From assembly GCA_000708835.1 (NCBI GenBank), contig DF237413.1, positions 10,927 to 74,926 of the forward strand: DNA of 64,000 nucleotides, in the 5' to 3' direction. This DNA comes from Klebsormidium nitens. Taxonomy: Eukaryota; Plantae; Klebsormidiophyceae. Of this stretch, positions 22,874 to 33,882 are shown in pieces (position 1 is the first letter of the stretch; each line of letters opens with the position of its first letter). The notes beneath the pieces are model-generated. The model was not told where the DNA came from. It worked only from the letters and a program-made list of their open reading frames with translations, and searched no databases. Both the position numbers and the translations under genes were made by a program.

Positions 22874-25800
22874 ATGGTCGTCTGCAAATGTCGGAAGGTG
22901 AGATGATCCTCGAATTGATCTACCGCCGGGTCAGGATGGGGCTGTTGCGCATAGGTTTTCGAATAGATCGTGGAAGGCTCTGGTTCTACATGGATCATCT
23001 TGACTCTTCTGAGGTCGTGTTCTTGCGGCAGCAGCTGGTCAGGGACACTTGATGGCAGTTACAGATAGTCGTACAAAGCAGAATGTTCAAATCCATCTGC
23101 ATTTTGGAATTGCAGAACGTTCTGTGGTTGATAGGAACATAAATATAGGGCTTACTTTAGAACGGGAGCCTGATATGACACTGACGGTTTGGCCTCACTT
23201 GGTTCAGCTCTCCCAGTACTTGTTTGCGCAGATGATGCCGCGCAGATGATGCCCTGCTTAGCTACAGAGGTTCATCATCTGATATCATTGCGTTCCTTCA
23301 ATGCTTTGGCATTGCATCCGGAGTCTTCATACCCAGCTTTCGTCTTAGCAAGTACTTGATGCTCTGTGCAGGCGACCAAGCTCTACTGCTTTGTACATAA
23401 GGTGCCAGTGTGTGGAGAGTGCATCAGTGCTCCTGAGCACGCGCACTGTGTGGTGAGCTTGACCTGGAATTCCTGCTAAACTTTGTGTTTCAAAGGGCCT
23501 TACTTACAGAAGTCGTCGTAGAGGCGGATGCCGAAAGTTGCATTGCTTTATGCTTTGAGTGCAAATGTCCTGAAGTGAAGCTGAGCGAAGTCCAGAAGGA
23601 AGTCGAAAGAATGTGCTTTCAAAGCCCTGTGGGCCTGGGAATTGACTTGCTTGTGAAAGCCCCTTCAGAAGCAATAATGCAACCTGCCCACAAGAGTTTG
23701 CGGAGCTTGCAGGGGCCAGAAATTCGAGCGAGAGGCAGATTCTGGTACGGGACTGTTTCAGACCGCCCTCATCTCACCAGCAGGACGTGCTAACGCCGCG
23801 ATTGCAATGCAGGTCCGCACATACTCCGAATGGGTGATTGACGGTGATTATGACTGGCCGCCAAAGTGTCCAGTCTGTCAGGAGAACTTGGAGGAGTCCC
23901 AGAAAGAGACGGTCCGCCTGGGGTGCCTGCGTAAGTTGTAATGAATGGCGGCAGGCCTCAACTTCCTGAGCTTCTGAAAGTGCACGATCTTCAGTTGAGA
24001 TCAAGCATCTTGCGGAAAAGCTCGTCTTTGGTGTCTTAGCGGCGCACTTTTGTTGGTTGCATCCTATACCAAAGTCCCCCTTGGCATGTCCAAAAACATT
24101 CATAGTCCCTCCTTGCCTTCATTCATCTGCTCTACAGAGAGAAAGACGCAGGAGGCGGATTTCGGAGAATATGTCTAGGACACACAATTTTGAAGCAAAT
24201 AGTTCTGAAGCGGAGCCTTTCTATCTTGTCACAGACGTGTTGCACGTGGACTGCCTTGAAAAGCACCTTCAAAGCTTCCCGCCCTACACAGCCCCAGCCG
24301 GTTTTGTCTGCCCAACCTGTAGCGTCCCTCTATGGCCCCCTAAGTCCATCAAGGATGCGGGGACCACCCTCTTCAACAATCTGAAGGGGGCTCTAGCCAA
24401 GGTGAGACTGAGCTCAAGTGTTTTGCACCGCATATTTGACCCTTAGCATTATCTGTAGCATCAATAGAGACTGCTCTGGGGCTGTGACTTTGATCAGCCT
24501 CTGGCGGCCCCCTCCTCGCTTGCAAATCCCTGGTAAAAACGACCGGAGACTCTCAGTGGTTGGGTAGTCCTTGATTCTCCAGTCCGCCAGCGCAGACCGA
24601 GGTTAAACCAAGAGCATCCTGTTGACTCAAAATACAATTGGAAGCAGGCTGGTTATGTAGTGCCTCTATGTCAACTGTCTGGTATGCCACCTGCCTGCAT
24701 CCCTGTCATAATGCGTCGTTTTGGCAAACTCCAATGCAAGTCCTTGTATAGATGTAGTCTCTCAGCAGTTGCATTCACTCTCTGACACATCTCCTCTTCT
24801 CTCTTTAGAGCTCTGTTGCGAATACTCTGCTGGGCCTCGACAACCCCATTCCCGCAACGTCAGAGACACAGAGTGCAGTACCCTCAGTCTCCAGCCCCTT
24901 GACTCAGGCGTCGCAGTCCAACCCCCCGCCCAAGAATGCACCAAACGGCGCAGCGCACAGCGAGATAGAGTGAGGATGACCAGCCTCTTTGTAAAATAGA
25001 ACAGAAGAGGGACATCGATTTAGTGCCATGGTAGCCTGACAAGTTCGAGAGACGGGGTGCTATCACGCTCGCCTGTGTGTGGTTCTGAAAGCATGCGCTC
25101 CAACGCAATTGTCAGTTCGCCGAACGCTGTTGACTGGCCTCAGTCTCTACTGTACTTGCTTGTTGGGTTCTGAATGACAGAAGTCGCGGACGGCCCCGGA
25201 AGCCCCAGCAGCTGCTACCCCAGCAGCTGCTACATCACAGTTGAGTATCGCTTCCGCTTTTTGGTTGACTTCAGTCTCTGACTGTCCCGACGTACAAACG
25301 AGGGCTTCGGATCACAGGCAGTCTGTGACCCAGCTCTGACCATCAGTCACGCCGTTCCGACTTGCAGAGAACAGGAGGCCAGCAGCAGCGTGGTGGCCAG
25401 CAGTCGGATAGAGGCGATCAAAGAGGCGGCCGCCGAGGCGGAGGCGGCCGCAGGGCCCCCGCAGGCGCGCACGCCGTATCTGCCGGGGGGGCACCCGCAG
25501 TCTTCTCCCAGGGCGCATCAGAAGATCGATATGGTGAGGGGATGGTCGCTTTTGGGGTAGCGTCCCAGATCCTTGCCTCTGCTTGCAACGGACTAGAAGC
25601 GCCAGTCGAGTCCCCTCGAAAGACCCAATGGCGCCTGCAAACTCCCACCAATATCTCGACCGACTTTTAGACATGTTCCAAAGCAGCCGTTAGTGCCGTG
25701 AGCGCTGGCGTTGGGGATTCAAGTGGGCGTCTGCCTTTGCAAGTGCACCCGGACATCTGCATGGTGTAAACAATCGAGTTGAAGCTTCCGGACGTCTCAC

Positions 25801-27123
25801 TTTCAGCCTCCTCAAGCCTTTTTCAGGACTTGGTCCCACTAGTGTGCTACTATACCAACGCCCACTTCAAGAAGAAAAACATGTTTGTTATTCTAATCGC
25901 CTCTTTACTGCTGTGCTCTGCAGCTGTCCCGGGAGCGGCGGAATTCGATGAAGGTGCATTCCTCGGTGGACGTTCCAGAAGACTATGACGAGGACGTCGA
26001 GCGCAAGTATGCAAGACGAGGTGAGCGATTTCGCTTAAACATCTCAGTGTGCATTGTAAATGTTAGGTAGTCCTGGTTGCATTGGTCACCATGCTTGTTC
26101 CCGTTGTTCTTGTATTGCCGCTTTCCTGTCTCCTCGATCTTTGAGCAGCTCGCCCTGTCCATGAGCAGCACATGCTCTGTGTAGAGTCTTCATCCGGCGA
26201 GACAGCAGGATCCTCTTTGGACGTAAGAAAGTCATACTCCTCTGGATGAGTCACTACGGGGATCCTACAGGACGAACGTCGTGCAAGACATGTCGGTCAG
26301 ACGTGTTGCGCTCTCCAAGTCGCTTCCCAAGTAGCGCCATGGTTCTCCAGTTTGGAAACAAGTAGCGCTTCTTAGAGCCGCAATTCTGACACCTAGCGAC
26401 AGAACGCTTACATCAATGACGGAGTGAATGTAGCAGTGCTTGTCAGCTGTGATTCTTGCGCCTGGCAAAATCGGATTAGTTCTCCGCATCAGCTTTCTCG
26501 CATATCAATTTGTCCGCCTCGAATATCACAAATAGTCTTCGGTACTTCTTCAGGTCCGTGGTATCTGCGGACGCTCCAGCGCGTGCTCCCTTCTAGTTGG
26601 ACGTCCGCCCAGGTCCTTCCGGTGACCATGCCCGGCAAGGACCACCCGAGGGGCGACTCTGCGGCTGCGGACGACCTGATCTCCGGCCAGCGGAGAAGGG
26701 CGCTCAAGAAGGGGCTCAAGAGCTTCAAACTGGACATGCGCCGGGGCCTGGTTACATTTGCCGTCCTGTAAGAATCATTTATAGCTCTTAGATATTGATT
26801 GTCCGATCAATCTGTGGCAGTACTTCTGTGTCTGCCTCGAAGATTCTGGCTGTTGTTGCGAAGATGTGGCGTCTGCATTTTTCTTATCACTGTTGTACAG
26901 GGTACACAAAGTTGACTGCTCCTGAAGGGTTTCACCGCTTCACCGCGTGATGATACGATGTTCTGACATCTTGAAATTTATGACCTTGTCAAACGCGGTC
27001 TACTTGAGTTTCCTAACGTACTTTCTGCAATCTGCATGCAGGTCGTCTCTGGCAACGCTGCTTATCTTGTACATGCGTCTGGCTGCCTCTATAGTAACTG
27101 AAGGAGACACAGTGATTGGATAA
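22874..27123 (+). CDS. ZFPL1: Zinc finger protein-like 1 (ZFPL1) homologue: N-terminal zinc fingers/RING-like region, C-terminal TM
   Basis: Exons MVVCKCRK|ATKLYCFVHKVPVCGECISAPEHAHCV|VRTYSEWVIDGDYDWPPKCPVC…VRLGCL|HVDCLEKHLQSFPPYTAPAGFVCPTCSVPLWPP…; later exons …DEDVERKYARR|GPWY…DMRRGLVTFAVL|SSLATLLILYMRLAASIVTEGDTVIG* (TAA 27121-27123). Confidence 0.92.
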
Positions 27124-27865
27124 AATGTGGTCCAAGCGGTGTGTATACAGACGTCACCATGTAGGATGGAAGATGCTACAGCTACTAGCCGCTAAGGGAC
27201 TCTGTTTATCTCGAATACTACGGCTGTGGACAACTATAGGAAAGAAGTTTCAAACCGTCCTTCTCTTTCCGGTGACTATCGGGAGACTCGAAACAGTGAA
27301 TACCCACCAGCTATGGTGTTGCTAGTATCACAATCACGTACATGCTCATGTGCAGAGTATTCTGATCGGTCACCTGAACACCATTATGATAGTCCTCCGG
27401 CAGATTGTGAATAGTATGATCAAATTGTCGAATTTCGATGGATCTTATTAATCAGGGAGAATATGGCTAGCTACGTGACCGGAGGTGGTCACTCAACGCG
27501 TTCCATATCCATGGCCTACTACTAAGCGTGAGTCCTGTACTGCCGGATGACGACTTGCAGCTTTGTACAACCAGGGCCAACTGTTTTAAGTAGTCACCTG
27601 GGCCGGATCATTCAGCATGGTTAGATAGAATTTTCGAAATTGAACGCGGCGGCCGCCACCAGCTCATGTGAATACCACGTGCCGCATGACAATCATCGAT
27701 AATAAGTATATACAAAAGTATGAATGACACTGCATGTCTGCATATGCTGCATCCCAATTGCAGCATGCCGCGGCCGTATCTCCATGAACTCAATCAGAAA
27801 AATCTCAATTTCCGGCAATTTAATTCCAAAAAGGCGGCCCGCTTGAATCAAAAGTACTGCAGAAT

Positions 27866-28436
27866 CTAAATAGGAGAAGAATACAGTAGCCAGCCCGCGG
27901 GCTTGTGCTTGAGGTTCAAGCCGTTGACACGTTGAGCTTCCATCGAAATTAACATCTGTATATCAAAGGATGCTGGACTGACATGAACAACGAACAAGCC
28001 AAGGAATAATATCATAGTATGTATATTGAAGAACCTCGACCACTGAAGTACAATCGAGCATGCCAGAACAAAACGTACATTTATTGCAGTACATTGCATA
28101 ACTTGGCATGAGGATGAGGTGCTGATGTGTAGGCTAGCCGTTGATCCTGTCACATAACGATGTGAAACCCGCCGAAGGAGCCAGTCCGTCTGCATTAGCA
28201 GCTTTATTCGAAGTTTATTCGCCTCAGCAATGAGGTCCGCATTGCGCTTAAAGACTACAGAGTGCTTCCGTTCAGTCTCAAGGTCTTGGTATCTTTTCTT
28301 GAAATGCTTTTTAAATAGCTCCCATGCCATCCGTTCTTCTCCTTTTGCCCAGAGTTCTTGGATGAGAAGATTTTGTTCAAACCTCGAGCGCCACTCGCTG
28401 AGCTGCTTCTCCGTTTCGGAATCCTCGTGATTGAGT
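27866..28436 (-). other. Possible orphan exon/ORF (charged, helical)
   Basis: After acceptor ctatag (28437), an open frame reads NHEDSETEKQLSEWRSRFEQNLLIQELWAKGEERMAWELFKKHFKKRYQDLETERK… to a stop at 27866. No recognisable family and no linked exons found. Confidence 0.25.
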
Positions 28437-29211
28437 CTATAGACAAATCCTCACATTACATCCTCACAGTGACGTCAACCTGTCCACCAGCGCGGCCCAA
28501 TAGCGTACATGCAACTAGCTTCCACTTTCAGTATCGGAATTTGGGTATGCGCTTTCAAAACCGGAAGCAAGTACACAAATTAAAGCACTCAAGCCAAAAG
28601 GCTTTCGGTAGATTTAATACGAACACAAGGAGGATATATTCTCACATGTCAACTTCGAGGCAATCTTCTTGTTAATCTTCGCTTGTCTTCCTACCGGTAT
28701 CTACAGTAGCTCTGCTGCTCTGCACATGATGCAAGATGGATCTACCTATGTGTGGAACTGCCTAGAAAAGCTTTCATGACATGGCCGGGCTCGAAGGCTG
28801 TCGCCCCGCTGTCGCCGAGATTCAACCCGTCGGACGAAGCGTCACCTTGCACCGAGGAAACTGCCGCCACATGCTAGACCATATTAAACCGTATTACGAG
28901 ACACTAATAGAACTGCTAATCACGGGAGCATAACCGGCACCCCGGCCTGCCCCGTTCTTCAAAAGCCCTATCTTTGAGGGCGACATGCAAAGTCTGATGT
29001 ACAATGCGCCTGCGCTGGCCTGCCAGCTGGCAGTGGAAACCTGGAGCTCGATCAATTGGCAAATCCCCGGCAAATCGCAGCAGGACTCAGGAGTGCATCT
29101 GCGCCGTTGCCCTGTTGAAGCGGCTTCCTCTTTGAATCGTGTAGCTCATTGGGAGGCAGGAGACTGTCTTTCTCTCTTTGACTCTTGCGTATTTTACCAA
29201 GCTCTAGAAAG

Positions 29212-32200
29212 ATGGCTTCGCAAGGCAACGAGCTCAAGGCCTTCAAGGTGCTTCCGATTGTTATTGACTTCCAGCCTAGCGTGCAGCTGAAAGTGACGTA
29301 CGGATCATCGGAGGTCGTCAATGGAGTGGCGCTGAGGCCGGAAGGGACACAGGAGCCGCCAAAGGTCAGGTTTCACGTTGAGTATTAATCTGGCATTGCA
29401 AGAATGAGGAATGATGGAAGCAGGGGCTTGTTGTTGTTTTGAATGATAAGCTGAAAGGAAGGCTTTGTACTTGCATGCATGCAAAATCATCATCTACTCT
29501 TGTGCGCTTTTTGTGCTTTTTTGCTCAGACGATGCCCCAGGGTTTTTGACCAATCCTCAATCTGTTTCTTTGAGCGCTTCACATTGCCCTTCCGTTGAGA
29601 TCTTAATGAATGGCCTCTGTCTAGTCACTTCATCACACCACTCAAGGGTGGTGCTAGGGCTGATGGGGCTTGTTACACAAGTGGTAGCAACCATGCAGCA
29701 TTATGTTTTGCAGTGCCCTTGAAACTTTCGAGGTCTTTAGCAAGGCGCTCCAAACCTTCAAGCTTTATAGAACACTGTACGCGATTGATGGTGGTCCTCT
29801 CTTTTATTGTGACGCCACTAAACCAGGAAAGATGTTTCTCATGACCACTTAGCTAGCTGCTACGCCTTACTATAAATTTTAGAGGTTTATGAGAATCTTG
29901 CTGAAGAAGAGTGAGTATTCTGGTTGCACCCTGCTACAGGTCAACTCCATATGGCCCTTCTAAGTTGAAATTTTCCTTAGGCACCGCTGGCAGACTACAG
30001 AAGTATGTTCAGCCGAGGGGAACAGAGCACAGCGATTTGCGGACAGGTCGAGCAACCACTCACAAGCATCGGATCTACAGCTTCCTAAATGAGACTCACC
30101 GAGCCCCACGATATGGTCCGTGCCGGGTTGAAATTCAACCCTATGGCTAACCACACAGGTTATCATCTCCGGCCATGTTGAGAAGGATGCAAAGTACACA
30201 CTGGTGGTGACAGACCCTGACGCCCCCAGCCCAGACGACCCCAAGTTTGCAGAGTTCCTGCATTGGATAGTTGCCAACATCCCAGGGTCAGAGGCGGCGG
30301 AGGAGAAGGGTAAGCTTAACCCATCCATTTACTAACCTGGAATTGTTGACCCCCAGAATCTAAACCATTCACACCTCCTGTGTGGGCCCTGGGTGGTTTG
30401 TGACAAGAGATGTGGACAAGATCGTGCATTGGATTGTGGCCAACATCTCGTCAGCGGCGGCAGACGGGAAGGGAAACTGTCCCAGAGTTTCCTCTCTTTC
30501 TTGATTTGGACCTTTCAAACCCAAACCTTTCAGATTCAATAATCCGGAACGAGCTCCTGGTGGTGAACGAGAACGGGTCACCTGGAGAAACTTGCTTCCA
30601 AACGATGCTAGGTTCAAGACCATCAAGGATCAGATGATTCCCAGAAGCAGCCTACATCAGAGGGTTTGTAACCACAAAGAGGATCTTGAGACTGCACATA
30701 CACAGCTCTCCGACTCTCTGATGAAATCAGGCCATGTTCTCTGACATCTCTGTTCGGATTGGTTTTGTTCGCGCTCTCGTGAAAGATTCTTTGGAATTTT
30801 AGTCGGTAGATCGCCTTTGAACAGCAGTTTTTCGAACAAGATGTGCTGGACAGTATGTTTTTTTTGGTCATCTGTGGCATGTGAATCACTTGCCAACCGC
30901 TGTGCAAAGTATTTGCTCCGGCAGTTGAGAACGCAATTATCGTATCAACGGGCACGACCCCTACTGGTATTCGGTTGCCAGATTGGTTAGCTTAGGACGA
31001 TTGTTCCTGCAAGGATCTTCCCAAGCGATTGCTCGACGTTGTGTATCAGCCTCATCACTCGCATCGACCAGAAAGTATATCTGTGTCTCTAGCCTCCCAT
31101 TGGCGGTTTAATCACACGCAAGTACACTTGTCTTTTAAGCTAAATTGCGTGCCAGCATTCCAGTCTGATCTTACGAGCCCTGGTTGTCGATTTTGTCAAG
31201 CGCAGGCTGAGCTCTCTCTCTGTTCAGTCGACACGCAACGTGATTCCATTTTTGACTTCGCAGACATCTCGCATGCTGGCGAGGAGCTCATGCCGTACAC
31301 GGGCCCCGCGCCGCCCATGGGCGTTCACCGCTACATCTTCATCCTCTTCAAGCAGTCTCAAGACGTGAGTGTGAATACCCACTCCTTCGTGTGCTTCATT
31401 CACAGACTATAAAACGTCTATTGGGAAGATGCTCATCAACTCCTCTTTCTCGTTGAGATCCATGAACCTGCTCGAAAGTGGTCACTGATGCGCAGTTGGT
31501 CGACCGATCAGCAACTCGGGAATGGCACACAGTTTGTACCCCGGACTTTAGATCTGTCTTCGCACTTTTCCCCCTGTTCCGACTCCCAAAAGAATGCTTC
31601 TCTTGTTTTGATCATACTCCGCTGGCCACTCATCAGTGCTGCGGCTTCAGTACTGCAGTACGCCTCAGAAAAATACGAGGTCGGAAACTGTTCAGTAACA
31701 CAAAGGGCACCAACCGTCGAGGTATCGAGGCGAGACATCAGCGGTGCAGCTGAAGCAAATTACTTCAAGTTTCTAAGACAGCATAAGATGATTAGAATCT
31801 GTCGGAAGATGCTCTCGTCTCCTCTACCGTTTCTTGCACAACGGACTGCACGATGGCGCCTTTCAGAATTGGTGTGCGTAGGTTGACAATACAAGGAGCT
31901 CGCCGAATTGAGTTTCTTCTATCACCCAGTCCTTGCAATAAGAAACCTAGCGAGCCGTGCGTAAACTGTGCACGCTGACCGTTTTCGAAAGACCTTAACA
32001 CGACCTGAGAAGATTAACGGTCAGATTGTTTACAGGTGCTCACAGCCCATTCCTCGAACTTAAGAGAACCATTGAAAGCAGATCTTGCCCTTTGTGGTCA
32101 CAGAGATTGAATGTCTAAGCGTTGGCAAACTGCCAGCATCGGCGGACCAGAAAAGAAGTAACCCCTCTTTTTCCGTTCGTTCGTGCAGCTGTCCAAGGAG

Positions 32201-32314
32201 GCGGCCCCTGAGGATCGTAAGCTGTTTAAGGTCCGCCAGTGGGCCGAGGAGCACGGCCTGACGCCCGTCGGCATCGTCTTCTTCACCGCAGAGAAGGGCG
32301 GGAACAGGAATTAA
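29212..32314 (+). CDS. PEBP-1: phosphatidylethanolamine-binding protein (PEBP/CETS family), 176 aa, no targeting peptide
   Basis: Exons 29212-29364, 30159-30309, 31264-31364, 32189-32314: [15 protein letters not shown]…EPPK|V…[31 protein letters not shown]…|[31 protein letters not shown]…|…[24 protein letters not shown]. The DPDxP, HW and GxHR family motifs are intact. Confidence 0.95.
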
Positions 32315-32923
32315 GAGCGTACAGTTCGGCGTTTCGAAGTTTTGGTATACTCTGTGTACAATGATAAGCGCGCAGGCCCCTGTAAACAAGTAGAGTCACA
32401 AGCGAAGTCGAGGAAGAGCGGAAGGTGGAATCAAAAAGGATCGTCAAAGTGAGCCCCCTTAAAAATGCGACAATTTTGCTTGCCAGTACTGTAGACCCTT
32501 CCGTCAATGTCGTTGTAACTTAAGTTTAAGCTCCCAAGATATCATGTGCGTGCAATGCCAAGTCTTTCAACAAGCTTGAGGGCCGCCGTACACAGCACGC
32601 GAGCTTGATAGATCTGACCAGCCTACTTGCGAATCTATAATTGGACGCGCGACCGAGCGCGGCCGCGCGGCAACCATATCAATGATATGCACTTACATTT
32701 CAAGTTTCAGTTTCACTTGGTAACGACGGTCGTGTGTCAATCATGTGTCGTCCAACTTGGCAACTTGGCAACGAACACTCCTATAGCTTAGGTAGGAATG
32801 ATAGTTTCTAGATAGGAAACTTAGAATATTCCCGGCCGGAGGAAAAAGAAACTATAAATCTAAACGTACCGACAAATACACCGTCGGCTCCGCACCCGTC
32901 CGGCCCCAGGATTACCCCACCCA

Positions 32924-32955
32924 ACGGTTCGACGGTTCGGCGGTTCAACGGTTCG
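32924..32955. repeat. Short tandem repeat (ACGGTTCG)x4, one degenerate unit
   Basis: acggttcg acggttcg gcggttca acggttcg read directly in the PEBP-1/PEBP-2 spacer. Confidence 0.7.
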
Positions 32956-33882
32956 CCGCGGCGGCGGGTCATGACCATATCCTACGTACCTAGAACTAGA
33001 TCCTGAACTATAGGTCTATATACGTCCAAAGGTTAGTGTATACTGGTCCTACAGACGCGAATAATCAACCGCTTGATCATGCGCTTGTACTTATTACAGG
33101 CGTTAATTATTAATATCTCGACTATATGACAAATGATATCATGTTCCCATGCAACTAAAGTTGATTACGTGCGCCCTTATATGCTGTCCCTCTGGCATGC
33201 TAGCTGCCCGGCCCGCGGCAGCATGTGGTGCCGCACCGTGTGGCACATGCATCAGCAAAGCTGCAAATATCCACCCTGAATCTTGAAATCTGTCACTGCG
33301 TGATGCACCAGTGACTTGGTGATAATCGGTCGACAAAACTTGAAAGCGGCCGCTTGACCTTAATGATTTGTTTTGAAAATGATGACATCGATCTGCTGTA
33401 CGTCGGACGGTCACGAGTGCCAGGCCAACTATGATGTCGATCTGGAGAATAACTCACCATGCATGACGAGGTCTAGGCTCTAGCCCGGCTAGCGAACCCA
33501 TCGACTATTTTCGAGTCGAAAATGTTGGATCCATCGGCGGACACCGTTCAAATTGAATGACCGAGCGTGATAGATTTCGGGTGCTGGTTTGCGAGTCGGC
33601 GTCCGACTCAGCAATCACGCTTTCCACGTCGCATACCAACTCGCGCTCAGGTCTGACATCGGCCCGTCTGAGTTGAGTCGAAGTTGAGGGCCTCTAACCA
33701 GCTGCATGGCATAGGACCCGCTCGCTCCGCCCCTCGTTCAAAATGTGTGCGTGCAGAGCTTTTCTCCTTCTCAGCTGTTCTGCACATTCAGTTTGCTTTC
33801 GCCCACGAAGCAGTTGCATATAGGTCGTTGAAGCGCAGCCGTTTGTGCCTTTACAAAGTCCGGGGCGTCTTCAGCTGTCCCG

